Positions 24,292-36,837 are shown, counted from the stretch's first letter. The stretch: 64,000 nucleotides of DNA from Azolla caroliniana (GCA_043228905.1 JBHGNT010000013.1:4836001-4900000), one strand, 5' to 3'. The notes: generated from the letters alone by a model not told the origin. Numbers and translations: made by a program.

Positions 24292-25021
24292 TTCTCTCCT
24301 ACATAACCACGATCCCTTGACCCGATTACCCAAGGAAGTAATCGAAGGTGTATCTCTGAAAGAAGAGATAACACATTCGTCGAGTATGAAGGGGGTTGCT
24401 CGAGCAAAGGAAAGGGAGCTACGACAACCGATCGGTGATTCGAAGAGCGAGCGAAGGTTATGATAGATCAGATGGTGATGACAATCAGATGAAGGGGCAT
24501 GTTTGTAATGAAGAACAAATATGGACGGGACCAAAACGACAACGAGGATGACGAGGCAGATGACAACGGACAAAGGGACCCCTCCACACCGGTTTGTGAG
24601 ACATCGACGGTTGCGGATCAACATAAGACCGGAGAGATGGACGGTTGTAGCGAGGAGATGAGGGTCGAAGCCAACGCATATGGAGGGAAGGTGGCCAAGC
24701 ATAAAGCCACACAAAAATTCAATGGAGAAGCGGAGGGTGGAAAGAAAGGAAGAGTCGGGAATCGGTCCGATCGGAAGACGATCCGTCCAGTAATCCGACC
24801 TGGAGGAAAGCCGACTCCGTCGAAACCAACTCGGTCGAACCTAATTCGGAATAAGCCCGACACGGTCGGGGTGGTAGGGACGTATAGCGACATGTATGGA
24901 GGACAAAAGATGGACGGGCTGACGAGGGCGTGGAGGAAGCCGGTTGATCGTCGTTGCCGAAATCTCACTTATTCCCCTTTCTTGGCACATACCGGAGGAT
25001 GTGTGATTTGGTGAGGGTGGA

Positions 25022-25979
25022 TGTCATGAAGATTTCCTGCAACAGTTAGAAAATCTAGTACGGCGAATAAAATGGGGATGTGCAACAACTTGCACATGGA
25101 CATCAGACAATGTGTATAGGAATAAGAAAGAGGGAAAAATAAATGGGAAGGGTCACCACTCCCCTGGGGCTATAAATGGGGAGGGGTGCTCACAAGAGAA
25201 GGGTCACCCATTTTGGTGAGGGGGGGTGCATTATGTCGATCTAGGGTTTCTCTTTCTTCTCCTTCTTTAGGGTTTGGTATTTTTCTTCTTCTTCTTCTTC
25301 TTTCTTTGGCTTTCTTTTTTGAGTGAACTTTTAGGGTTTCTTTTGGTTCTCCTCTCTCTTCTTGGTTAGAGTTTCGGTTGCTCTAGGGTTCTTCTTCTCC
25401 CTATTTCGGTTTTAGGGTTTCGGGTTTCTTCTTCCTTGTCGTCTTGGTGAGTAGATTTAGGGTTTCTTTTTCTAGGTTTTGGGTTCTTCATTTTCATGTG
25501 AGTTAGGGTCATGGTAGGGTTTCAGGTGTTACTCTCTTCTTCTTCTTCGTGTGAGAGTTTGGTTTAGTTTGGGGATTTCTACAATGGCGGCTCTTTCAGC
25601 ATTCCAGTGGTGGCCTTCTCAGTGGTTCAAGCGTCCTCTCCTAGACGGAAAGCGTTTGGTGCGGTGGCGGTTTCGACAAAGGCGGATTAACTCGGCGGCT
25701 GGTCATCGAAGGGAGACCAAAGTGACACAAGAACACTCCACCGTCTTCGGAGTTTGACCAACGGTCGGAGTCGTGGTCCGGTGGCTCACTCGACTTGCCT
25801 TCACCACTCGTTTTGTATCTCGTTTTGCCCTTTGTTGTACCTTAGCTTATTATTTGTAAAAACCACCGCAATCGTGGCGTTAAGCTAGTTCATTGTAACC
25901 CATTTTTCTTGTATCATAAATCGTGTATATTTTTTTCCCAAAAAGTTTGTCTAATCTTGTGCTTGATCCGTAACCGCGA
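25022..25979 (+). repeat. Probable 3' LTR (truncated or interrupted) rich in telo-box motifs
   Basis: Purine tract, then a TGTCATGAAGATT start, TATAAAT near 25171 and many TAGGGTTT motifs; interrupted at 25980. Confidence 0.6.
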
Positions 25980-27775
25980 TGTTGTGAAGATTTTTGGCAA
26001 TGGTGTGAAAATCGCGTGTAACGGAGAAAACAAGAAGGTGCAATGTGCACACGTATGAAAGGGGGGACACTCGTATGTTAGCACGTTAATTGTAATGAAG
26101 TGGATGGATTTTGTGTAGCGGAAGAATTGTGTGTGTGTGTGTGTGTGGAGAGAGAGAGATCACAAAAAAAATAAAAAAATTGTATTACAAGGAAACAAGA
26201 ATGACCAATGCATTACAAAGAGAAGGAGACGTACTTATGTAGTCACCTTCTCTGTAAGTTCTCTCACTAGTACCGCCTCTTCAGAAAGAGGTCGTGTCTT
26301 AACTACTTAAAGCATATGTGTTCACTCACTTGAGTATCCTAGAGTGAGTTCCCACACACGGGAAGTTGAGTTTGATTCTCAACCCACCCCTTCAACCACA
26401 ACTTCTGGATGTTGGATGGTTGGTTTGGACTGGTCTCTGGGTTGGCTTTGAGTCAACTCCGGCTTCGGCTTTGAATGACCGGTTCACTCCTGCTGGTCTT
26501 TACTCCTACTGGTGTTTACTCCCACTCAAGCTCGGCTGGTTGACGGTCGAAAGACCCACATTCGTCGTGAACTGCCACAACTTGTTGACTCCCAGGTCCT
26601 TGGTGAAAATGTTGGTCGTCTGTAGGTTCGTGTTGGCGTGTTGCCTATCGACATCTCCAGCCAGGACACGTTCTCAGATGAAATGGTAGTGCATCTCAAT
26701 GTGCTTAGTTCGAGCGTGGAAGACTGGGTTGCAGGTCCGGTGGATGTTTCTCATGTTGTTGCAATACAGGAGAATCGGACCTTGATGGGAACGTCCAGAT
26801 CCTTCAATATTCTCTTGAGCCAAACGGCTTCACATGCGGCGACAGCCACGCCCTTGTATTCGACTTTGGTGCTCGATAGTGCAACTGTCGTCTGCTTTTG
26901 TTCTGCTCTAGGAGATGGCTCCACTGCCGAGGGAGAAGACGACCCTGAGGTTGATCATCTGTTGGCTTTGTAGCCGGCCCAGTCGGCATCTGTGTACCAT
27001 TTGAGTCATATCTGTGGGACCGATTTGTAGAGGATGCCGAAATCCATGGTTCCACTCACATACCTTAGCACTCGAGATGGATGTCTCGCGGAGTTTGCAT
27101 GAACTAGCTAAGGAGGCCAACAGGGTAACTCAGGTTAGGTCAGGTAATTGTGAGGTAGATGAGGCTTCTGACTAGCTTACGATAGAGAATCGGCTGAAGA
27201 GTTGCCTTTTGGTATGTTCGATGTCTCGGAGGTACTCTCCTCCAATGACCAAGTTGTTCACATAAATTATGATCAATAGTTGTCCTCTGGAGTCATTTCG
27301 GATGAACAGACAATTGTCAGACTTAGACATTTGAAAGTTGATTTGGTGAAGATATTGCATTATCTTCGAATCTCATGCTCTTGGTGCCTACTTGAGACCG
27401 TAGAGAGGCTTTTTGAGTCAGCAAAAAACAGTTGGATGCGTAGTTGACCCAAATCCGGGCGTTTGTATCATGTACACATCCTCTTCTAACTCGCCTTGGA
27501 GGAAGGCATTCTTCACGTCCATTTGGTGGAGGTGCCACCCTTTTGTTGCTGCAAGCGTTATCATGGTTCGAATGGTTGTCATCTTTGCCAATGGCACAAA
27601 GGTCTCTTCATAATCAACATCGTGCATCTGTGTGTAGGCCTTGTACCGATTGATAGTGTCGACAGCATTGTGCTTCACTTTGAAGATCCACCGGCATCCA
27701 ATTGCCTTTTGGTGGTGTAAGGGACGAGACCCATGTCTCGTTCTTGGAGAGTGCTTGCATATGCTCATTCATTGC

Positions 27776-28212
27776 TATAAGGAATCGGGTATGATTCTTG
27801 TGTAGCAGAGCAGATGTGTGTTATGTGTATGTGTCAAAGGAATTAGAGGAGAGAAGAGAGAACACAAGATAGATAGAGAAAGGAATACTCAAGAAGAAGG
27901 TGTATATTCACAAGTAGAATAGCAAATACAAAATGTAGCATTACAAGGAGTCACAACTGACTTAATATGAAGTATGAGGAGGGTCCTTTATATATAGTCA
28001 CCCTCTCTCTTCATTAACTAACAACCACTCTCTTTTGGGGAATGTGAAGACTCATAGTCATGGGGAATATGTAACTCATTAGTTATGTGTCATAGAATAT
28101 GACACATAGTGAATGTGTAGAGAGTAGTGGGGTGACTCTTGACCTTTGAGTAATCATCGATTCTCAAAAGGTGTGTTCACACGTTGCACTATGTTGAGCT
28201 TGATTCTCAACA
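27776..28212 (-). mobile_element. Copia-type solo LTR
   Basis: Interrupts the RT N-terminal region, ends TGTTGAGCTTGATTCTCAACA, degenerate TSD ATTGC/ATCGT. Confidence 0.75.
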
Positions 28213-30479
28213 ATCGTTTTGACCCATCTAGGGTACTTTGCGGCTTCGAAAAAGGTTTCCGGTTCTTGGATTGGTGCCACCTTCATCATGAATGCATAAT
28301 GATATGCCATGTAGTCATTGTAGCTGAATCAGTTGACTACATTCTTCTCTCAGTTGGAGCGACGAGGTTCTCCTAGTGTCCTCATGATGGGCACGTCTAG
28401 TCCATCATGCTCACTATCAGGTGAGTGGTTTGATTCATTTCTATCTGAGTCTTCGTACTCAGGCATTTTGGCTTTTCCTTTGTCCTGTTTCAAACTCGGT
28501 CGCTCAGAGGCTCTTGTAGTCCACTCAACCTAGTTGAGATTGTACTTTCCTCTAATGTGAGCCCCGTTCGATCATCCTCTGTGTCGAACTCGGTTTCGAC
28601 TGTGTTAGATGGAGTTGAGTCAACCATGTACCAGGATGTTGATTCGTCGTATACGACATCCCTACTCACTCGTACCTTTTTGGTAGAGAGTTTGAAGCAC
28701 TTATACCCCTTTTGCATGTACCCCACGAGGATGCTTTTCTCCAACATGGGATCTAGGTTTTGTTGCTTCTCCATCGGGAATATGTACATATGCAATCGAG
28801 CGGAATATCCTGACATGGGATAGGTTCGGCTTCTTACTGTAGAACTTCTCCTGAGGGGTGAGATCGTGCACTCCAGATGTTGTGCAATGATTCAACCCAA
28901 TATGATTTTGGCAAATGTTTCTCGTTCATCATTGCCCTTGCCACCTCGAACATGTGCCGGTTCTTGCGTTCGGCTACTCTGTTCTATTGATGTGTGTGTC
29001 CGTAGGTGAACTCCCTCCGAATTCCTTCTTGTCGAAGGTATGTGGTAAAGGCATCAAAGAAGCACTCTTTGTTGTCGTCCAATCGAAGGCATTGTACATG
29101 CCGATTGGTTTCCTTCTCGACTTCGTTCTTGAATTTCTGGAAGTGCGAGAACACTTCACTCTTTTGGCGCATGGGATAAGTCTAGGTATGTCTAGAGAAG
29201 TCGTCGATGAATGTTAGGTTATACAGGCAACCACCAAATGTTGTCGTCTGGGCTGGTCCCCATACATCTGAATGCATTACATCCAGGATCCCTTTGCTTA
29301 CATTCCTCGTGGGATGTCATGTGGTTGGATGCACCAAATTGACAAACCATACATCTTCTGGTTTGGAGGTGTTGGTCAGGTTTGATGTTGTCATCGAGTT
29401 CACTCTATGCCTCATCACAAACATTCCACCACGATTGTCGTAGTTTGTGAGTTGTCGGCTTGTGGAGGTCGACTCACCCTTCTTTTGCCGACACTGCCTC
29501 ATAGTGGCCGAATTTACCACAGTATCTGCACTGGGTAGGATTGTTTTTTTGGTTGGGTTCGACATGATTGCTCCCCCTTCTTCCGAACGCTCCACCTCGT
29601 GCACTCGAAATGTCTTGTCGGTAGTAGAAGTTATGTTCGCGGGCTTGTTCTTGGTTGTCTCGGCCTTGGCCGAATCAGCCTCCTCTTCACGACCTTGTCC
29701 TCTTCCTCCATCAAATTTCGAATAGAGCATTTTTCCTTCTTGCACATTGCCACATGTTCGAACATGATTCTCCTCAACCAGCAGCATCAACTGGAGATCG
29801 AAGGAGGGAGGATTCTCCCTCGTGAGGACTTCCGACCTAATGTCTCCGAACCAAGGTGCTAAGCCTTCGAGGCAAATCTACACCATTTCATCGTTGTCAA
29901 TGCTTACATTGATTGACTTGAGGGCATCGCATAGTTCCTTGATCTCCAAGGTGTGGTTGTCGATTAACATGTCCCTCTGTTGTATATCGTTCAACTCTTG
30001 ACATAGTTGAAGCTTTCTTGCGGTCGTATTGGCCGCGAAGATCTTCTTGAGGTTCCCCCACGCCTCCTTCGGCATTCTGGCCTCTCGGATGTAACTGAGC
30101 ATGTGATCATTGACGCATGATGCAAGGTAGTACAACACACGACTCGTCGGCATGTGTTGGGTTGGGTTGATTTTCGTGTGCTCCCTCGACATAGCTCCAA
30201 TAACCTTGGCCGACAAGGTATTGGTGCATCTTGTACTCCCAAGATGAAAAATTGTTTCTGTCGAGCTTCTCAGTAGGAAGGGTGCTTCCCATCCAAGTAT
30301 TCATGTCAAGCTTCTTCTTCGCTTTGATACGAACTATTTAGGTTGCTGCTACATTGATCAGTTGGTTCTTTCCAAACTCGGGATTGGGCATAACACACGC
30401 AGAGGCGATGGACCTAGATCAAGCAACCACGCGCTCTAATACCATGTAAAGAAGCGGATGGATTCTATGTAGTGGAAGA

Positions 30480-30558
<79 letters not shown>

Positions 30559-30659
30559 AGAGAGAGAGAGAGAGAGAGAACTCAAGATTACAGAAAAAAC
30601 AAAAAAATTGTATTACAAGGAAACAAGAATGACCAAATCATTACAAAGATAAGAAGAAG

Positions 30660-31050
30660 GTGCTTTGCATCCCTCTCACTCTTAGAGAGACAATGCCACC
30701 AAGCATACTTTCAAGATCCATGGACTAAGGGATGGCTCTTCGACTCATTAGTGACCCCTTCCCTCATGTATGCATCAGTAGTATGGGCTCCAGGTCTACC
30801 ATCTTTCATGTGGGCACAATTAGAGAGACCTTTGGTGATGATGTTATCATGTCAACTCCGAAGCAAATCGACAGTACCACATGACCTTATTAGAGCAGAG
30901 TTTAGTCTACCCCCGATGTTAGTAGAAGCACTCTTTCACGTGGTAGTTTTTATTCATCGGATACATAGCCAGCCACAAGATAGGATACCCCATCGAGCCT
31001 TTGAGGCATCCCGATCCCTACATGCGTCTGGAGACACTAGCTCTTGGTAT
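30660..31050 (+). mobile_element. Non-LTR retrotransposon (LINE) post-RT fragment captured inside an LTR
   Basis: TKGWLFDSLVTPSLMYASVVW...VPHDLIRAEFSLPP is typical of the region C-terminal to LINE RT; the segment is absent from the sister LTR. Confidence 0.7.
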
Positions 31051-31526
31051 AGCCTCTTGGGAAAGAGGTCGTGTCTTAACTACTTAAAGTATATGTGTCA
31101 TAGAACATTAACCTCTATGACACACTAGTTACTATACAAGGAGGTGGGGTGTTCACACACTTGAGTATACTAGAGTGTGTTCCCACACACGGAAAGTTGA
31201 GTTTGATTCTCAACATTAATGTGCATGTGAGATGTGTGTTTAGGTGCTCATAACACAAAATATAAAAAATAAGCGTAGGGCCTAGTGGCATTCAAAGAGG
31301 TGCAAGTAAAGTTTTGAACCTTACATATCCAAGATAGGAGACAATTGACATACCATTAAATTACGTTATTTCTTTAAAGTTAGTTTTCGTCATTGTATTT
31401 TTCACATGTAAATTCTCATACATGAGAGCTTGAATGAGTGACATGGTTATCATGCATCGCATGCCTTTCATGCATGTCTTACACCCTCACTTGCATCATA
31501 TGCATGGGGGCATCTATATAAGAAAG

Positions 31527-31979
31527 TGTTGAGAGACAAGCTCAACATCGGCCGAATCGGCTAAAGAAGCCGAGGACCGGATCGGCTGGGACTGATCGGT
31601 TAGGCCGTTAGGAAAGATATTCCGTGAGGAATATATTTGGGAGTTAGTGTAGGAGCTCTTAATGAGCATTGAAGTACTGTCAATACTCCAGTCAGTCCTT
31701 CTAGGGCTTGTACAAAGTGTTCATTGAACACATATATGTATAGTTTTTGTCTTTCATAATATATTCTCCCTTTGGTGTCTTCTCTCAAACTCTCTCGGTC
31801 TCTCCCGCGTATATTGTGTAAGCTCAAGCTCTCCATTAAACCTGAGTGTTCTCCCTTCTGTTCTGTCTTTATACTTGCTTCCGCACGCTACTTTTTACAT
31901 GGTATCAGAGCGCGAAGGTTGAGAACCTCTCTGCAGCCGACACAGCTTGACGAAGAAGAACAAGAAGAACGATGGATAG
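31527..31979 (+). mobile_element. Copia 5' LTR, Met PBS and gag start, truncated by an insertion
   Basis: TGTTGAGAGACAAGCTCAACA...TTTACA (31899), then TGGTATCAGAGCGCG; related to the LTR at 51307-51676. Confidence 0.8.
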
Positions 31980-34910
31980 TGTTGGCCGGTCAGAAGAGCA
32001 AGGACAAGTGGAAAGGCGGAGTCGGATCGGATAATAGGAAGTAAATAATAGTATAATTATTATTCGGAGGGACGGATCCGGTACAGTTGTACCGATCCGG
32101 ATCCGGACCGATTCGGATGCCGGTTGCCTAAGCGCACCGATTGTAACCTTGTCGGATGCCTATAAAAGGATCCGATGATTTGTAAATGCTTTACGGAAGT
32201 AATACAATTTTACTTATTGCGTGTTTATCTTTATCTTTGTATTGTTTTACCGTCTGTGCTTAGTGTAATCATCTTACGCGTGTAACCTAGCATCCAATCC
32301 TTACCACCCCTTTGGAGAAGTGTCGGATAGACACCTGTGTTGAGGCTAGTCCAGCCAGGCAGACAACACCTTTTGGCGACCACGACCGGGATTCTTGTCC
32401 CCCGGCCATAGCCAGGTACCGGGCAGCGTTCCTAATTGCAACGTACGAAGGATTACAAGTGGACTGGCTCCATTTCATAACCGAAGGATTGAAGGAGGCC
32501 ATCAAGAACCTTGTGAAAGGAAAAAAGCCATGGGCCGGGATAGCACAATGGCTAACGGTGTTAGTCCCACCGGTGCTCCCCATCAAACAAAAGAAAAGAG
32601 GTCGGCAGGAGACGACGCCGAAAAAGGTCACAAAGCGCCGACATATCCTGGAGAAACACACCCCCGGATGGACCCAGGAAGAAGCAGAACAGCGGGAGGA
32701 AGGACCATCCCGACAGTAACAGGAACCGGCAACAAAGGCAAAACCGGCAGGAAAAGGCAAAGGAAAACCGGCCGAGGAAGAACCGGTAGCGCTCAAACCA
32801 ATCAATATAACGTTGCGACGGCCGGAACCGAAACCAAAGGACTTTATACAAAAGGTCCGTTTGGTAGCCGCACCGGAGGAGGAAGCTGAAGCAGAAGACT
32901 CATCCGAACCACTGGTAAGACTCCCAGCAAGACAAGGTCGGGAGAGACGGGCGAGAGGACCAGCTCCACCAGTTGACAGAACTCAGCAGAGGGCACAAGG
33001 ACCACCTCCAGTAGCCGGGGCGGAAGCAGTACCAGAACCCGCACCAAGGGAAGCAGTACCGGCACCGGTTTTGCCGGAATTCAGAGAACCGGTCATTCCA
33101 AAGAAGAGGAATGAACAAGCGCCAGAGCCAGAGAAAAGGCCGGAAAAACAGCCTGAGTTAAGGAGTAGAAGTGAGCAATGCTACTCCGACACAGGAAGCA
33201 CAAAGCCACAATGGCTGAGATGGCTTTCGGAGCAGGTATCGGGAGTAGCGGACCAGTTAGAGGAAGAAGAAACGTGTAGGCAACACCTGACGCATACAAC
33301 AACCCAGGAGTTGGTCGCGTTCCGAACACAGATCCATGAGTTGCAAGGGGAGCTGTTGCAGGCGAGGGAAGGAATTCAACAAGCACAAGTTGTCACCGAT
33401 CCGGTCGGGACAACAAGGAAGCAACCAGAACCAGAACCAGAACCGGTAACCTTGCAAACTGGCCCTGAGACCGAAAAAATAATAGAAACCTTGCGAGAGG
33501 AGTTAAAAGCTCAGGAGGCATTAAGGGAAAAAGAAAGGGAGCAGCGGAAAGCGGTGGAGGACGATAGACGAAGAATGGAAGAAGGCCTCCGGAAAGGCCG
33601 AGCCACTAATGACCGACTGCAAGAAGAAAAAGAGAAGCTGCAAAAGGAGAAGGACCGACTGCGTCGACAGGCCGAGCAGGAGATAGAGAGACTGCAGGAA
33701 GAACTCCGACAATAGAAGGACCGAGACGACCGGTTAAGAGCTCAGGTAAGCAGACGCCTGAAGCAGAAGACGGAGGACTTCGACCGACTCTACCGAGATC
33801 ACAAGCAGGCCGAGTCGGACAACAAGAAACGGGCAGCGGACTACGACCGGCAAATAGAGAAGCTGAAAGAACAGCTCAAAGAGACCCGATTAGACCTGGC
33901 TAAGACAATGGACGAGGTCAGTGCCAAAAAGGAAGCATTGTCGGCGGAAATAACCCAAGCGACGGAGAGAAGGAAGGAATTAGAGGCGCTAATGCGGGAA
34001 AAGCTGGATCTGACCAAGATCAGGAATGAAGAAAAGGAAAGATCGACCTTCACGATCAACAAACTGCAAAGTGCCTATGAAAAGCAGAAAGCGGATTACG
34101 AAGCCCAGGCTCAGATAATGGCCGACATTATAAAACGGGCAAGGAAGGAAAAGCAAGAAGCTTATGCGCATGCTAAAGCGGGGGTTGACCGGATCAAGCT
34201 CATCATGTCATGTTGGAGTACCCGAGCTCAGGCAAGCATCAACGAAAGTACGGAAAAGCTATGGAAGGAGTGGTCACAACAGGCAGCCGAGCTGCAGACA
34301 CTCCGAGCTGATGCCGAGAATCGGAGGAAGACCGGTGACAAGTTCTACAAGATGGATGAAGAAAGTATCGTCGCCGTTCGGGAAGAATTGTCAGAGGATT
34401 TCTACGCTTTAGCGGAAGAACATCTCAAAGAAATTCGAGGGTTGGTAGAGAGGTTGGATGACGGGCAACTCGCAACTCAGTTGGAGTTGGAGAAATACGA
34501 GCAGGACCGGTTACGACAGGAAGCTGAGGGAAGAACGACACCAATCACTATAAGTGAGGGAGAGCGACCGGCTGAAGCTGAACCAACCGACACCGAACAA
34601 CCCCGACAAGGAATACCCGAAGAAGAACTTCCGTTCCAAGAAAATCAAGAAGAGCAGGTGCAGACCGATGCCGGAGAAGAAGAAGAGCTGAGACCAGAAA
34701 ACACCGGAGCAGAGGAAGAAGGCGCACCGAACCGACCAGTCAAGACCGGAGAAAGCGACACTGGTAACAAAACAGAGCCTGGAACGGAGGAAGAACAGGA
34801 AGAACCCGGACGGAGCGGTGAGGAAGCACCGGCACCACAGAATCAAGCAGAGCCGGAGCAGCAAATTTTTACGGAATAGCCAACCCAACCGGAGGGTTTT
34901 GTATTTTCCG
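31980..34910 (+). mobile_element. Gypsy element C: 5' LTR and Arg-type PBS fused directly to the extra ORF; gag-pol absent
   Basis: The LTR at 31980-32368 resembles the LTR at 43094-43530. PBS TGGCGACCACGA at 32374-32385 is followed immediately by the extra-ORF sequence. Confidence 0.8.
32395..34879 (+). pseudogene. Extra ORF of element C (coiled-coil protein), 5'-truncated, two in-frame stops
   Basis: ORFs starting at 32312, 32813 and 33908 share one frame; homologous to 34911-36837 (IATYEG, WLTVLVPPV.P...KKRGR, WLRW, L.EEL.AQEALR). Confidence 0.82.
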
Positions 34911-36837
34911 CACGTTCGTCGGCGATCGCCATCGCGGCCCGATCAACTTCCTGCTAGAGCTCGGCCATCCGTTCCTTATGCTCCGTTTCCAGCCGTTTGT
35001 AGTCCCAGTGCAGGTGCTCAAAATCATCTGTCTTTTGCTTGAGCCGTGCGTTGATCTGTCGACGGGCCCGGTCCTCGCGGTCCTTCTTCTGGCGGAGCTC
35101 TTCCTTTAGCCGTTCAATTTCCGTTTCCGTCGTCTTCCGCAGCTTGTCCTTTTCTTGCAGCACTTTGTCTTTTTCCTCCCTTAGCCGGTCATACGCTTCA
35201 TGGCCTTTCCGGAGGCTCTCCTCTGCCCGGCGGAGGTTCTCAATAGTCTTCTTTAATTCTGCTTCGGCCGTTGTCTTTAATTCCCGTTCCCGGCTCCTTA
35301 GCGCTTCTTGTGCGGCAAGTTCATCTCTCAATTCCACAAGCTCCTAGGCTTGTGCCGCATCTCTCTCTGGAACGGTTTCCGTTGCCGGGGTCTTATTGGT
35401 ATGTACAGGTTGATCTGTTTCTTTATTCTGTACACTTACCGGAGTCACCGGGGATTGGATCTGTGTTGCCGTTAAGGCCATTTTGGCCATCTCTGCCGTG
35501 ACCTGATCCAAGTCTTTTTCAAGGCACCGGATTCTGGACCGGGCCGTCTCTAGTTGTTTGGTTGTGACGAGCAACCGTTCGTTTTGCACTCTTTCTTCCG
35601 TCTCAATATACCCTACTGCTCCGGCAATCTGTTCGCCTATCCACCGGAGCCACAGGCTACCGGTGCATTGTTGTTGTGCTTGCATGGAGGTTTGACAGAT
35701 GGGCTCGCTTGTAGATGGGTGGTCCCGCCTGATTGCGCCGAGTTGTAATTCCGTTCCTGCCCGTGGACCACCCTGCTGTCCTGGTTCCCCTTGCGCTTCT
35801 TCTTGGTTGGCCGAGGGAGGCTGTATTGACCTTTCCGGTTCTGGCGGAATGGGACTTGCCGGTGCTGTCGGTGGTGCAAGGGCTTCTGATTCTGGTGTCG
35901 TGCGCACTGGTTCCGGTTCCTCCCTTGGCGTGGGAGTCTCAGTATGGGGAGTCGATGTTCCCTCCGTCTGAGGGTCCGAACGTTTCCCGGCTGCCTCAAC
36001 GGTCCTTGCCAACGACCGTCGCTGGAGGTGCTCCGTAGGCTCCTCCTCTATTTCCTCTTCCTAAGTCCCGGCATTGAGTTCTGCCGCCAAGGGGTCCGCT
36101 TCTCTATTCACCGGTCGGCGGAGTGTAACCTTTACGGGCTGTACCGGTGGTTTCTCCTGCGCATCCGTTGGCCGCTTCCGGCTGGCGCTCTCCTTTCCCG
36201 CTTGTTCTGCGTCTGCCGCCTTCCCCTTAGTGGCCTTAGAGGCCAACAGCTGTTGTCTTTTGGAAGCCGTCTTTGGGGTGCCGTCCGCCACTCTTCCCCG
36301 CTTCTTGGGCTCGACGGGCTCGACGGGTGGCACAAGCAAGGTGAGCCACTGCGTTACTGTGTGCCATATCCTCCGTCCTTCTCGGGCTTCTTTGTCGTCT
36401 TTTCCTCTGATGATCTCGATCACCGCACACAAACCGTCTGCGATCCCTTCATAGGTGGCGATGATCATCCCTGCCCGGTTCTGCGGCATGACAGGGGGTC
36501 TGGGGTACATATGGCCGTATTCGTGGAGCACACGGGCAATCTCGCGGAACAACATATCTCCGCCACCCTGTGTCCAGTAGCCCTTGCTGGCTAGGGAATA
36601 CTCACCAAAATACTTGATGAGTTGCTCCGAGGTCGGATTGTCAATCGTGAATATGTCTCCCTCCGGAAGGCCTGTTAACGCACGGATCGCCTCATCCGTT
36701 ATGACCTCTGTGTCGATTTCTTTGATCACCTTGTCGGCTTCTTTCTGTGGCGGTACCTCCATAATCGTCAAGAAGCCCTCGAGCCCGTGTTGCTTTAGCC
36801 ATTTCTTAGCGGCTTCCGACGGCGTTTGCGAGTCCAT
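34911..36837 (-). pseudogene. Extra ORF after pol in element B, in-frame TAG stops, truncated
   Basis: ORFs 36061-37065, 35344-36012 and 34954-35337 share one frame; probable start MDSQTPSEAAKKWLKQHGL at 36837. Confidence 0.85.

Larger units (their letters stand above)
26091..31215 (-). mobile_element. Decayed Ty1/Copia element with both LTRs and TSD TTAAT
   Basis: LTRs at 26091-26384 and 30445-31215, Met PBS at 30430-30444, TSD at 26086-26090 and 31216-31220. Gag (LPTEKLDRNNFSSWEYKMHQYL), IN, RT ([16 protein letters not shown]) and RNase H remnants are present. Confidence 0.9.
25980..31526 (+). repeat. LTR fragment related to the Trp-primed LTR (25980-26090 plus 31221-31526), split by a Copia insertion
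   Basis: Starts TGTTGTGAAGATTTTTGGCAAT, like the reverse complement of 10729; 31390-31520 resembles the reverse complement of 4280-4440. Confidence 0.7.

Noticed and set aside
24292-25021. ORFs 24286-24714 and 24499-25014 as genes
   Set aside because: No recognisable domain; they lie in a probable retroelement 3' internal region and homology could not be established by eye.
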